Both the position numbers and the translations under genes were made by a program. A stretch of DNA of 64,000 bases from Octopus sinensis (lineage: Eukaryota), in assembly GCF_006345805.1 (NCBI RefSeq), contig NC_043000.1, positions 115,940,001 through 116,004,000 on the forward strand, read 5' to 3'. This document shows positions 25,637-38,012 of this stretch, in pieces (position 1 is the first letter of the stretch; each line of letters starts with the position of its first letter). The notes below the pieces were generated by a model. That model made no database searches. It was not told the DNA's origin and was given only the letters and a program-made list of their open reading frames with translations.

Positions 25637-25706
25637 TGTCACTGCCTGAAATCGAACTCGGAATCTTGGTGTTAGTAGCCAGCGCTCTTAACCTCTACGC
25701 CATACG

Positions 25707-25864
25707 TTAAGAATGAGAACCCAGGTTCGAAATTTCCCCAAGACACCTGATGAAGGCTGGAGGATATACCAGCCGAAACGTTATGTTAACAACAATAAAA
25801 TGAGGTCAGATATCCGTCAAATGTAAATAATGTACATAATTCCTCATCTCTTAAATATAGAACT
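25707..25864 (+). mobile_element. Inverted copy of the hammerhead tail abutting the tRNA head; HHR at 25742-25786
   Basis: GACAC-CTGATGA-A-GGCTGG-AGGATATA-CCAGCC-GAAAC-GTT-ATGTT. Reverse complement of the 23795-23945 tail. Confidence 0.85.
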
Positions 25865-25869
25865 GTAAA

Positions 25870-26160
25870 AGCTGGGATAGTTGTGTAAATGTGTTTGGTA
25901 TATGTTTCATAAATGGTTGGAGTATAGTACTGGGATGTCCACTTTATATCTCTGCGTGTTTGCCTGGGAAAGTAGTTTTGATAACAAATTGAAGAAAAGA
26001 GTATATGCGGCCAGGTCCTTATAGTACATCGTTTTATATTAAGGGTGTCTTTTTACTGTATCGAAGAAATGTGGAAAGATTGATTATAATTCGATTGCAA
26101 ATGACTTGTATTGTTTCCTGTTAAAGTTTTGAATATTCTCTTTGTAATTGTTTATAAATG
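25870..26160 (-). pseudogene. Possible decayed Penelope RT N-terminal fragment
   Basis: Minus frame GPGRIYSFLQ...SGHPSTILQPFMKHIPNT loosely resembles the PLE RT PGRFY..K..RPIVSG...LQP..K.IP region. Contains stops. Confidence 0.3.
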
Positions 26161-26789
26161 TTCCTTAAGGGGCATACTAATTCCCCCCGCATGAATATCC
26201 AGTCCTTCAGTATAAATCGTATTTCATTCTGACAATTCCCGAAGAAACGCCTGGAACATTTAGAGGTTTCGCATCAGCTGTCATCATATGTGTATCAATT
26301 TGAACCTCCAAACAGTTCTGGTAAAAAACTACGCTGAATGGAACAGCTTATGCACCGTAACACAACATCGTTAGTAAAAGTTGACATTTAAGTAAGTGAC
26401 CCCTCATCATAGTTATGCATCGATCCCGGAAGAAGGTTACTCCGAGGCACCCCAACGGAACCATATAATACATAAAAATAGTATGAGTCCTTTAGCTACT
26501 AATCTAGGATTAGATAACTCCATACAGAACCCGTATCCTGATAACGACTGGGAATGTGGCACTCATTGCCTCAGACCAAAACAATTTTGAAAGACGAGAG
26601 TGTGTGTGTGTCTCTCCACAATCCATACCCTCTAAAATAATAAATACTTAAACCCTTTTGGCGTGTGGGCTAATTAATTGAGTGTTTAAAATAGACTAAC
26701 GGAGTAAACCCCTACATAATATCCGAAGGGAGGGACTCGAATGTAGATACGTACAGATATACTTAACCTATATTTACTTTTGTCAAAAG

Positions 26790-27021
26790 GGCGGCGAGCT
26801 GGCAGAAACGTTAGCGCGACGGGCGAAATGCTTCGCGGTATTTCGTCTGTCGTTACGTTCTGAGTTCAAATTCCATCGAGGTCGACTTTGCCTTTCATCC
26901 TTTCGGGGTCGATAAATAAAGTACCAGTTTCGCACTGGGGTCGATGTAATTTACTTAATCCGTTTGTCTGTCCTTGATTGTCCTCTCTGTGTTTAGCCCC
27001 TTATAGGTAGTAAAGAAATAT
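26790..27021 (+). mobile_element. SINE family A, single full unit
   Basis: GGCGGCGAGCTGGCAGAAACGTTAGC...GAGTTCAAATTCC...GGTAGTAAAGAAATA. Confidence 0.9.
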
Positions 27022-28837
27022 ATATTTACTTTTGTTTTGTTATTCAGGCATCTGTCACAGTTTAGAATTATTAAAGATACGAAAGAAAATAAACAAAAAA
27101 CAAACGAATAACTTTAGTTGAATAGTAAAATATATAAAAATACTAAGCCAAATTAATATAACACAACCAAGAACAACAGAAAACAACAGAAATAAGGACC
27201 ACATCAGAAAAAATTATAAAGGGCAAATGGACACATTTTATAATTCAAACGAACGTAACTACATTACTTTAAACAGAGTAGAGTCCTCTCAAAACACAAA
27301 ACTGCAAAATGATGCTATTAGAAAATCATTCGACAGCGATAAAGGCAAACGAATAATTGCAACGACTTGGAAAATTTGATAAACGAAATTAGACAAACAT
27401 TTGAAGAGAGAAACTTTTGCAGATTGAAGACAGGCTTGAAATCCTCAAAATAACATGCTGCTTAGATAAGCAGAATCATACTTAAACACGCTAGCTATCG
27501 TGTAGAAATAATACAACAGAACTAATGGAGTTGGTATAGTATTCAGAACTGCAGGTTTCGAGATAAGCAGTAAATATTGAAAACAATAAAACAGTTTATA
27601 TTTAGAAAGGGATAATTCCGCATGAGATAAATCTCAAGAGAAATGGTATAGCATTAGAAATAAATGAGATCCGAAACAGGATCACAAAACCGTCACCCAC
27701 TCAGAAATAAATTTAGTTTAGAGTCCTTAAAACTTAATACGAACAAGATCTTGAAAATCGCAAGAGAAATAAATATCAACTTGAACAAATTGAAGTTGAA
27801 GCATGGAGTATACAGCGTTGTAGTAAATAAATCAAACAGTTCAAACTAGATGCAAATGTCAAGGTGAATTCAATAACAAAACTTAAAAGTAGAAAGTCTA
27901 CCCAGGAAAGAAAACATGAAACGATTTAGAGGGAAAACATAGAAAGTAGGAAAACCGTTTTAAACAAAAGAACTTCCTTTGAACAAAACCTAAAATTTAG
28001 TGTATGCAGCATTACGGGAATGGAAAGCCATCATAATAGAGAAAATAATGAGAACTTTTTTGATGATTTTTTGACTCCTTATATATATTACGTTTTTAAC
28101 AATGCCCGTCCATGAGTGATGTTATCTCAGGATAAATACTGCAGTAAACGGCCCATTGACACTGTGTATAACGTAAGCATGATGCATTGATGGATATAAT
28201 GAAAGTCATGCAAATAACTACCCAGAGACAAAATACAGCATTTCTAGTTAAAAGTAAACCTACAAATCTGGCTCTAAAGTATGGCCAACCAATTCGATCG
28301 CAACAGAGGGACTCTGAATAGATAAGGTTATTATTAGATATAAATAATAGCGTGTAAATATTGGGTTACAACGACTTTGAAAAGAGAAAAAAGGGTAACC
28401 GTGGGACGCGAACCTACATCTTCTGCAAACCATGAGAGACGTTCTACAATTGTACCAGAGCAATCTTTCATAATTCGCTCTCCGAATATTAAAAGCGAAA
28501 ATTATATGTTACCTACGTCATAATTATATAGAAATTTCGAGAGAACGTGAGTGGAACTCGAAGTAGTTAAAGCTATAAATAATAACGTGCAAATATTCGG
28601 TTATAATAACCCTTTGGGTGGAGAAAATTGAAGGCTGCCCATCGGACATGGACCTACACGTTCTGTAAACACGACAGGTGTTATAAAACTGGATGAAAGC
28701 AATCATTCGAATTTCGATATTCGTTTTACAATCTTTGGTCTTACCTACGAGAATTGTATGCTGCGACTCTAGAAATTTCGAGAGAATATAAAATAATTAT
28801 GTACATTATTTATAACCACTACGCCCTATATCCCACG

Positions 28838-29150
28838 GGCATATGGCGTAGTAGTTAAGAGCGCGGGCTACTAACCCCAAGATTCCCAGTTCGATTCCAC
28901 GCAGTGACCTGAACAATAATGATAATAATAATAATAATAATGATAATAATAATAATACCAATAATAATAATAACAACATCAAAAAATACCTTAGGAATGA
29001 GAAACCCAGTTTCGAAATTTCCCCAAGACACCTGATGAAGGCTGGAGGGTATATCAGCCGAAACGTTGTGTTAACAACAAACAAGATGAGGACAAATATC
29101 CGTCAAATGTAAATAATGTACTTAATTCCTCATCTCTTAAACATAGAACT
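28838..29150 (+). mobile_element. Uninterrupted tRNA-head + (AAT)n + hammerhead-tail element
   Basis: A box TGGCGTAGTAG, B box AGTTCGATTCC, (AAT)n 28914-28977, tail carrying the HHR at 29027-29072. Confidence 0.85.
29027..29072 (+). ncRNA. Minimal type I hammerhead ribozyme motif (PLE-type, one extra A after the core)
   Basis: GACAC (stem I) CTGATGA A GGCTG-loop-CAGCC (stem II) GAAAC GTT GTGTT (stem I'). Stem III is the self-complementary ACGT. Folded by eye. Confidence 0.75.
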
Positions 29151-29808
29151 ATATGAAATAATTGTTTTTTTCACAGTGGAACTCGAAGTAGATAAAGTTG
29201 TAAATAATAACGAATTAATATTTGGATAGAAAAAAAAACAACAAAAAAAAAACATGAAGGCTACCCGTATATTTGTGTTCCAAGCAAAGCAGACGAATTA
29301 TTTATCTTTCGTGCTACAATGACTAAACTCCTGCACCCCTTGTATGAATCATTATGATTGAGGGACAACATGTTTGCTACTTCTAGCATGTAGGTCAGAA
29401 AACATTTTCGGACAAATATTAAAGATTCAATTTCAATTTAAACTCTGTATCAATAGCGATGGACATTTTTTCTATCAAACTCTGTCTATTTAATTTAATT
29501 TCAGTTCCGTTTCTTCTTCTTGTCTAATAATTGATTAGCTATCGATTAGCTGGATTTGATTATTCTAAGCGGCCTTAGGGAGGATATAGTTACATGTGAC
29601 CAATCTCCTCGATTTGGTCATGCACTCCATTAGAATTATTGACTTAGCAAACAGGAAGTTGATGCCGCTTGTCCAAATTGACAAGACGGCAAATGAGATT
29701 CATGATTATAAGCTAATTATATGTAAATAATTGTTACTGCATGTTTGTCACGATTCAACATCAGGAGTCTACTTTTGTCTTCTTACATTTGAATGCATGT
29801 CTGTGTGG

Positions 29809-29875
<67 letters not shown>

Positions 29876-30020
29876 ATGCATGTATATATATACATATATA
29901 TATAAATATATATATATATCATATATATATACGCAACATACATATTTATGCACATATAAACATATATATATGCAACTGTGTATGTATATATATATATGTA
30001 TGTGTATACATATATGTATG

Positions 30021-30068
<48 letters not shown>

Positions 30069-30494
30069 TGTATGTATATACATGCATGTGTATGTATGTA
30101 TATATATATATATGAATGTATGTATATACATACATGTGTATGTATGTGCATATATATATATATGTATGTACATACGTATATTTAATGAGAGACAGAGAGA
30201 AGGATTGAGAAAGAGAGAGATCGAGATCTGTATTAATATATAACTTGAGGCCTATATATTTACCCTTTTGGATTATATAAAATACATATATATGCGGTAA
30301 AACAGGAAATAAAGCTCTGTAACTACCGTCATTTCTGGAAACATTGACGAAATATCATGGATGTAGGTGTTAGAACTTCCAGCGTGGTATGCGCTACGGC
30401 TGGTTCGTTTCCTACTCGTAGCAATTCCGATTATTCAATCACAGTAAAATCATGAATACTTGCAATTAGATTCACTCTCTTTTTAGCAATTCTT

Positions 30495-30585
30495 GAAAAC
30501 CCATTCCATTGGCACGCTCTATTCCGTTGTCTACTAACATTGATGGATATTTTCTCTCGCACAAACTTAGTGGAGAAACAAAAAA
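30495..30585 (-). pseudogene. Short Penelope-like fragment homologous to 6260-6320
   Basis: CTCTATTCCGTTGTCTACTA is nearly identical to the PLE copy (GTTCTATTCCGTTGTCTACTA). Translates ERKYPSMLVDNGIERA versus ERHYPASLVDNGIERA. Confidence 0.6.
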
Positions 30586-30874
30586 TTAATGCTTGCCCAC
30601 ATTGACACATCCGTAACTATTCAACCACCAGGCGACAGAGAAACAACTCCTGTTCTATTACCGCTCGTCAGATTAAATTTAGAGGCTATCACTAGACATG
30701 TTCAACCGTGACAGCTTTAATTTTTGGCGGCGCAAAACACATAATCACACGATGTTAACGCTCGGACGTAGTGAAGGGAACCTACAAAAATTTCTAAGAT
30801 CACTAATCACGTGATCTTCCTCCACTACGTTTTACAGATAAAATTCAAACAGCTTTGATTATTGAAATTGTTAG

Positions 30875-31039
30875 AATGCTTAGCGGTATTTCACCCATCT
30901 TTGTGTTCAAATACCGTTCAAATACCGCCGAGGTCGACTTTGCCTCTCATCCTTTCGGGGCCGAAATACTGGGGTCGATGTAATCGATTAGTCAGCCTCC
31001 TCCCCTCAAATTTCAGGCCATGTGCCTATAATATAAAGT

Positions 31040-31119
<80 letters not shown>

Positions 31120-31290
31120 AGTGGCATTTCGTCTGTTGTTACGTTCTAAGTTCAAATTTCGCTGTGGTCGACTTTGCCTTTCATCCCTTCGAGGTCGATA
31201 AAATAAGTACCAGTTACGCACTGGGGTCGATGCAATCGACTTAATCCCTTTGCCCCCTCTGTGTTTAGCCCCTTGTGGGCAATAAAGAAA
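30875..31290 (+). mobile_element. Two SINE family A units separated by (CAT)n 31040-31118
   Basis: Both units carry GTCGACTTTGCC..TCATCC.TTCG.GG.CGA. Confidence 0.8.
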
Positions 31291-31404
31291 TAAAGGATTT
31301 GGATGTAGATTCGGACATGAGTTGGAAGCAAAAGTCTCTCCACAGGATTCCATTTATCACTTCAGTGTACAAAAGCTTCCTCAATTAACTTAAACTCAGT
31401 ATTA

Positions 31405-31721
31405 CATTTTTTTCGCCCTTTTCAAGCCTAGCTAGGTTCACGGGCCCGGTTTCCCGGTTTCCGTGGCGTATGTGTTCGCCGCCCCCTTCCCAGCTGGACG
31501 GGACGCCAGTCCATCGCAGCGTTACTGAAGAAACAGGAAGAAAGAGTGAGAGAAGGCTGGGGCGAAAGAGTACAGGGGTCACCACCACCCCCTGCTGGAG
31601 CCTCGTGGAGCTTTAGGTGTTTTCGCTCAATAATCACAAACAACGTCCGGTCTGGGAATCGAAACCGCGATCCTCCGACCGCGAGTCCGCTGCCCTTATC
31701 ACTGGGCCATTGTGCCTCCAC
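31405..31721 (-). mobile_element. SINE family C with tail Y
   Basis: C head and body followed on the minus strand by CTGCGATGGACTGGCGTCCCGTCCAGCTGGG...GGAAACCGGGAAACCGGGCCC. Confidence 0.8.
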
Positions 31722-32401
31722 CTCCGTATTACATAAGATTGAAAAATGATCTGCAAATCTGAAACAATTCTAAATAGGAATGATGTATGTACGTCGCCTA
31801 ATTGGAAGCATTTCCGCTTTAATTACTGGTATATGTGTTTTTGTAATCTTCAACCATTGTTTTTCTAGGAGCGAAAGATTTTCTACATTCTTAGATTCAC
31901 TCCCAATCAGTTCCATACAAAATACGAAAGAATATTACCATCTATATCAAGAACTCCATATTGTTCAGTGTACTTCCTGTTTGACATAATCTCATATTTT
32001 TTTTATTAGTAATTGATGCCATTATGATTGGGTTGGGAAAATAAAAATGAAAGAATTGTTTAAGATAATGGCACTTGTCATATTGTGTTTACCTAAGCGT
32101 CCAGCAGGAGATGAGTTAGTAATTCATTAATTTGTAAGCGACGTTTAATTTATGATCTGTAATTATAAAGCTCTGTGTTAATTAGATGTCACTGGAAAAT
32201 GCAATATTTTCAGACTAATGTGGTAATCTTCGAAATTTGTTTGTGAATCTTAACAAGTGTCTTTAAAATATCATACTGCAAGTGAATCGTATTTGAAAGT
32301 ATATCGCGTGCCACGGGTTCATCATGAATGATATTAAAGTTGATCTATTACGGATTATACTATTTCTGTCTGATCATTTAATCTATCCTCTTTTCGCAAT
32401 A

Positions 32402-32597
32402 AATAATGATGATGATGATGATGGTAATAATAACAACAATAACGACAACAATAATAATAATGATAGTTATAATGATGATAATAATAAAAATAATAATCAT
32501 AATGGTAATAATTATAATAATACTAATAATGGTAATAATGATGATGATGATGATGATGATGATGATAATAATAATAATAATAATAGTAATAATAATG

Positions 32598-32648
<51 letters not shown>

Positions 32649-32875
32649 GTAATAGTAATAATGATGATGATAATGATAATAATAATAATAATAATGGTGA
32701 TAATAATAATAATAATAATAATAATGGTGATAATAATAATAATAATAATGGTAATAATAATAATGATGATGATAATGATAATAATAGTGATGATAATAAT
32801 AATAATAATGGTAATAATAATAATAATAATAATAATGGTAATAATGATAATAATAATAATAATAATAATGCTAAT
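32402..32875. repeat. Compound (AAT)n tract with GAT/GGT interruptions
   Basis: Direct inspection. Source of the poly-N, poly-I and poly-L ORFs. Confidence 0.95.
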
Positions 32876-34452
32876 AAAACATCAACTGTGGAATTTTTCA
32901 AGGTGACTCACTTTCACCTTTAATATTCTGCATAGCCCTAATACCCCTTACAAGTGAATTAAACAGAACAGGGTATGGGTATAAAATTGCCAATAAAAAA
33001 ATAAGCCATCTATTTTATATGGATGACTTAAAACCCTATGGTAAAGACGATAATGAACTTGAAGGCCTATTGCGCACTGTGAAAGCATTCAGCGATGACA
33101 TTGGGATAGAGTTTGGGCTTGAGAAGTGTGCCAAGGCCACTTTCCAGAAAGGGAAAGTGAAGACCACAAATTCAGTCGTGTTAGATGTTGACACAGTCAT
33201 AAGAGAGCTTGAGCAAGAACAAACATACAAATATTTAGGGATAAATGAAGGCTCTGGTATTCAGCATGCAAGCATAAAAGAGAGGATCAGGAAGGAATGT
33301 TATAGGAGAGTTCGTGCAGTCCTGAAATCTGAACTAAATGCACGTAACAGGTGTTAGCTATAAATTCCTTAGCAGTTCCAGTGTGTTACTTATAGCTACA
33401 ATGTGTTGAACTGGAATATGAGTGAAGTAAATAATATAGATTGGAAAATACGCAAGCTGCTGAGTTGTAATAGGATGCACCACCCAAAGGCAGATGTAGA
33501 TCGCCTTTACCTTCCCAGAGCCCAAGGAGGTCGAGGCCTGATCCAATTTGAACTAGCTTACAAAACAACCACAATTGGACTGGCCAAATATCTCGAAATA
33601 ATGAATGACTGGATGCTAAAGCTCGTGGAAAATCACGAGAGACGAAAGAAGCTTCATTCTATCATAAAGGAAAGCAAAAAAATTGCTATTGATCTCGTGC
33701 AGGATACTACCAGGCCAATGTGATGAAAAATGGAGCAGACCCAAAATGCTGATTCTGCAACGACATGATTGAAACTGGACCACCTAATCTCTGGATGTAA
33801 AGTCTTAGCACCAGTGGAGATTATAAATTAAGACATGACAGAGTTGGACAATATCTACACTGGCTAATAAGTCGGCATTACAATATCAAAACTGCCGACA
33901 AGTGGTATAATCACCACCCTGAAGCTGAAACTGAAGGAGAAAATGTAATGATTCTGTGGGACTTTCCAGTACATGCAGACCGAACCATCAAAGCCAATAA
34001 ACCAGATATTGTTGTGAAAGACCAAAACAATAAAGTTTGCTTATTGATCGACATGAGCATCCCTGTGATCATAATATCTCGGCGAAAGAGTTTGACAAGC
34101 TCAGAAAATATAAAGACCTGCTCATTGAAATTGAGAAAATGTGGCATCTCAAGGCGGTTACAATACTAGTGAACGTAGGAGCACTAGAAATGATCAAGAA
34201 GGGAACCGAAAATTAGATGAGAATGATCCCTGGCTTACCATCCCTGCAAGAAGTGCAAAAGATTGTCTTAATTGGTATATCACACGTACTGAGAAGAGCA
34301 TTGTCGATGTGAGAACTATTACTACCCATGTATTTTAATTTAACTTTAAAAAAAATGAACGAACTAGAGAGTTTAGTTTAATGGCCTACCAATGTATACT
34401 CGGGAAGACACTCGGCAAGAAATGGAAGCAAATTTGAAAGAAGAAAAAAAAG
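32876..34452 (+). pseudogene. R4/Dong-clade RLE LINE, 5'-truncated within RT, with frameshifts, stops and an internal deletion near 33720
   Basis: GIFQGDSLSP, HLFYMDDLK, GIEFGLEKCAK, YKYLGI, RLYLPRAQGGRGL, RHDRVG, ILWDFPVHADRTIKANKPDIVV, KYKDLLIEIEKMW. Flanked by (AAT)n on both sides. Confidence 0.93.
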
Positions 34453-34458
34453 ATAATA

Positions 34459-34490
<32 letters not shown>

Positions 34491-34626
34491 GGTAATAATA
34501 ATAATAATAATAATGGTAATAATAATAATAATGGTAATAATGATAATAATAATAATGGTAATAAAAATAATAATGATAACAATAATAATGGTAATAGTAA
34601 TAATAATGGTAATAATGATAATAATA

Positions 34627-34703
<77 letters not shown>

Positions 34704-34866
34704 TATAATAATAATAACAATAATAATAATAATAATAATAATAATGGTAATAATAATAATAATAATAATAATGGTAATAATAATAATAATAATTATAATA
34801 ATGGTAATAATAATAATAATTATAATAATAATAACAATAATAATAATAATAATGGTAATAATTATA

Positions 34867-34908
<42 letters not shown>

Positions 34909-34920
34909 GTAATAATAATT
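34453..34920. repeat. Compound (AAT)n tract with recurring GGT interruptions
   Basis: Direct inspection. Confidence 0.95.
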
Positions 34921-35407
34921 GCATAAATTCTCATAAACACAGCCCACGCTCAGAAAATACTAACGGAAATATATATAATAAAAAATGACACACTTAAAAT
35001 AAAACATCGTTTGAACATGCAAGAGAAGTTCACAGATGCAGTAAATTTCAACTTAGAGACCGTTGCAAATCCATATTTAATGATACGCCAACATCCAGAC
35101 ACGTTTACATTTTCTTCTTTCCACTTTGAGCCAAAGTCGTCCATAAACCTTCTTATCTCTGTTTTTTTATGCTGTTTTGTCGATTATTGATGGTTCGCAG
35201 TTCGTTTCACGTTCTAGCTCCACTGACCTGCCTCTCTTCCTCAACAGTTCTTATATAATATATATATATATATGTTAATAAAAAAGATATTATGCTACAT
35301 GAAACGAAGGCATTTCTCTTCCACTTTTTATTTTTCTCCCCACATATTTTCAACTCATAATTTTGCCAGGTGGTGTATACTGAATCTGCAGTATCTTTAC
35401 ACCTTGT

Positions 35408-35470
<63 letters not shown>

Positions 35471-35545
35471 TGTGAGTATATATGTGAATATATATGTATA
35501 TAAATATATAAATACGTGTGTCTGTATATGTGTATATATATGTAC

Positions 35546-35612
<67 letters not shown>

Positions 35613-36305
35613 CACATCAAACAAAATATATGTATACATAACTACAGAGATCGGTACAAATTATATTATGGAATAGAACTTTATACAGGGTCAAGAGGTC
35701 AGGACTTCTATCTTATCATATTCTAAAAATTATATTCATAGTAAGTCTATCCATAGAATCTGTAGGATGTCTATCGAAATAATCAATAACGTGGCATGTA
35801 CAATACAAAGCTCTATTGAAAACGAAGAAATAATAATTGTAGACTTTGAAGAGAATTTGTGTGACTTTTTGCGTGTATGTATGGATTAACGTACGCGAGA
35901 GAACCTGCTTATTGATTAGAGGTAAAAAATGGCAATCTAAAACATGGGAGACTGTGACAGATTTATGTCAATTAGATACTTCAAATTGTTTTCCTTGTGT
36001 TATTGGAAACTGCACTCTGTATCCAATACATGCAGGTGAAATGCATAAGTGTGTGTGTGTGTCTGTATATATAATATATATAGGATTTCCTTTTTTAATC
36101 TCTCTTACACCCATTTATATTAAAATTTGCTTTCAGTTTAACATTGTGTCTTATTATTATCATTATTATTATTATTATTATTTGCTTTCCTATATATATA
36201 AATGTTCTAATATCTACACAGCCTTATTTTTTTATTTCATTACGCAAAAAATTCTTATATATATACTTATGTACTTATCTACGTACCTATCTATAATAAT
36301 AATAA

Positions 36306-36361
<56 letters not shown>

Positions 36362-37019
36362 ATAATTTTAATCCAAACGGGAAAACAAAAAACAACAACA
36401 GTGGAACAATTACAGTATTATTATTAATAGGCGCTCAGGAAATATGGAAGCAAAAACATATATATGTGTGTGTGTGTCTATATATAAATATAGAGACAGA
36501 GAGAGGGAGGGAGAGACAGAGAGTGTATGATACTGACAGGCAGACAGAGAGACATATGTGTATGTGTGCGTGTGTGTGTGTGTGTCTATCTATCTGTGCG
36601 TGTGTGTCTGTGTATGTCTACGTGTGTATGGCAAAGAACCCAAATTTATGAGAAACTGCCCAGTCATTTGAGGATAAAAATTACTAGAAGTATTCTTTGC
36701 AACGTTATTCACGTCCACACTTGATATTATCCGTCTTTTATAACGAGACGCAACGTTAACGATGAATGAGGAGGGATGAAGAGTCGAAACGTATATGTGG
36801 ATGTGTATAGAGTACTTAAATACATGCAATGTAGATTGACCTTTGTATTAATCAAGTTAAAAAGAGAAAAGAAAAACTCACTTTCCACTCACTGAGACAG
36901 GAACCAATCAAGATGTATCGGATTCAAAAGTAAGGAAATTCAGCTTGGATGTGAATGAAATTTTAACACGCGAAATCGTTGGTCTAACTCTTTCACTTGT
37001 TTGTAGATATGAGTCTGTG

Positions 37020-37213
37020 TGATATGTGTCTTTCTTTATAGAGGCTCTGGCGTGCCTGTATGACCAGAATGTGTTCCCTAACCACACGGTTTCGGGTTCA
37101 GTTTCACTGCGTATTACCATGTGCAAGTGTCTTCTAATATAATCGCGGGTCTGGCAAATCTTTGTGGGTTAATTTGGCGGACGGAAGCTGAAAGAAGCCC
37201 ATCATGTGCGTGC

Positions 37214-37271
<58 letters not shown>

Positions 37272-37470
37272 GAAAAGTGTGTGTGTGTATTCCTTTATTC
37301 TTTTCTTTGTTTCAGTCATTTGACTGCGGCCATCCTGGAGCACCGCCTTTAGTCGAATAATTCGACGCCAGGACTTATTCTTTGTAAGCTTAATATTTAT
37401 TCCATGCGTCACTTTTGCAGAACCGCTAAGTTACAGGGACGTAAACACACCTACATCGGTTATTAACCAA
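37020..37470. mobile_element. SINE family B halves in opposite orientation: 5' half on + (37020-37205), 3' half on - (37295-37470)
   Basis: CATGTGCAAGTGTCTTC...CTGAAAGAAGCCC on the plus strand, then TTTCAGTCATTTGACTGCGGCC...GACGTAAACACACC, the reverse complement of the tail. Confidence 0.7.
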
Positions 37471-37495
37471 TGGCTGTGGGTATATATATATAAGG

Positions 37496-37573
37496 CAACT
37501 CGCTGATGAAGCTGGCCTTAGCAAACATATTCTGTGTTTTGCTAGAAAGAAGCAGAAACCGCGGTACGAGTTG
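37496..37573 (+). ncRNA. Type I hammerhead ribozyme motif, copy 1; predicted cleavage after GUA at 37566
   Basis: CAACTCG (stem I) CTGATGA A GCT...TAGCAAA...TTTGCTA...AGC A GAAA CCGCGG TA CGAGTTG (stem I', perfect 7 bp). Stem III is the palindrome ACCGCGGT. Confidence 0.8.
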
Positions 37574-37934
37574 TTAAAGTTATCGGTAAACGTTTTTGAT
37601 TTTCACTCTCGATAAATTCATCCCCTTTTTGTGTTCCCAGCACTCGGCATCTTTATTTAGGAGCCCTTAATTGTATAACTACATGAATAATATTTTTATA
37701 TGAATAATATTTGTCTTATGACTAATTCGTCTTTTGTGCTGGCACCTGGTAGTAAATAATATTACTACCCTTCTTGTTTATATTCGCATACTACATGATG
37801 ATTTATTCGTAAAATTCTTCCCGGCATGCCCGCGTAAATTTTGCGTCTGCGCAGAGATTTGAAAAGTTAAGATCTGCTAGTAGTCGGGTTTAACGTATAG
37901 CCCCACATCGCTGCAGACCTCGATTAAATTCAGG

Positions 37935-38012
37935 CAACTCGCTGATGAAGCTGGCCTTAGCAAACATATTCTGTGTTTTGCTAGAAAGAAGCAGAAACCG
38001 CGGTACGAGTTG
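37935..38012 (+). ncRNA. Type I hammerhead ribozyme motif, copy 2; predicted cleavage after 38005
   Basis: Identical in sequence to copy 1, 439 bp downstream. Confidence 0.8.

Larger units (their letters stand above)
23795..25706 (-). mobile_element. tRNA-head + (AAT)n + hammerhead-tail element interrupted by two insertions
   Basis: Head 25635-25706 (minus CGTATGGCGTAGAGGTTAAGAGCGCTGGCTACTAACACCAAGATTCCGAGTTCGATTTC) and tail 23795-23951 (AACATCGAAAAATAACTTAGGAATGAGAACCC...CTGATGAAGGCTGG) match the uninterrupted element at 28838-29150. Confidence 0.85.
28325..29270 (-). repeat. Diverged ~245-bp tandem repeat containing a tRNA-like segment, interrupted by the 28838-29150 element
   Basis: TAAATAATA..G..AATATT recurs at ~28340, ~28575 and ~29200, and GTGGAACTCGAAGTAG at ~28550 and ~29175. 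Unit 1 minus strand reads TGGTACAATTGTAGAACG...GTAGGTTCGCGTCCC (A and B box-like). Confidence 0.55.

Noticed and set aside
27060-28050. A-rich stretch resembling decayed retroelement coding sequence
   Set aside because: Many stops and no diagnostic motif that I can identify.
28838-28911. Functional tRNA gene
   Set aside because: Acceptor stem does not pair and the same head recurs as part of a repeat. Treated as a SINE head.
32324-32923. Poly-Asn ORF of 199 aa (and 34392-34988)
   Set aside because: (AAT)n tracts flanking a LINE, open in several frames, with no non-repetitive coding content.
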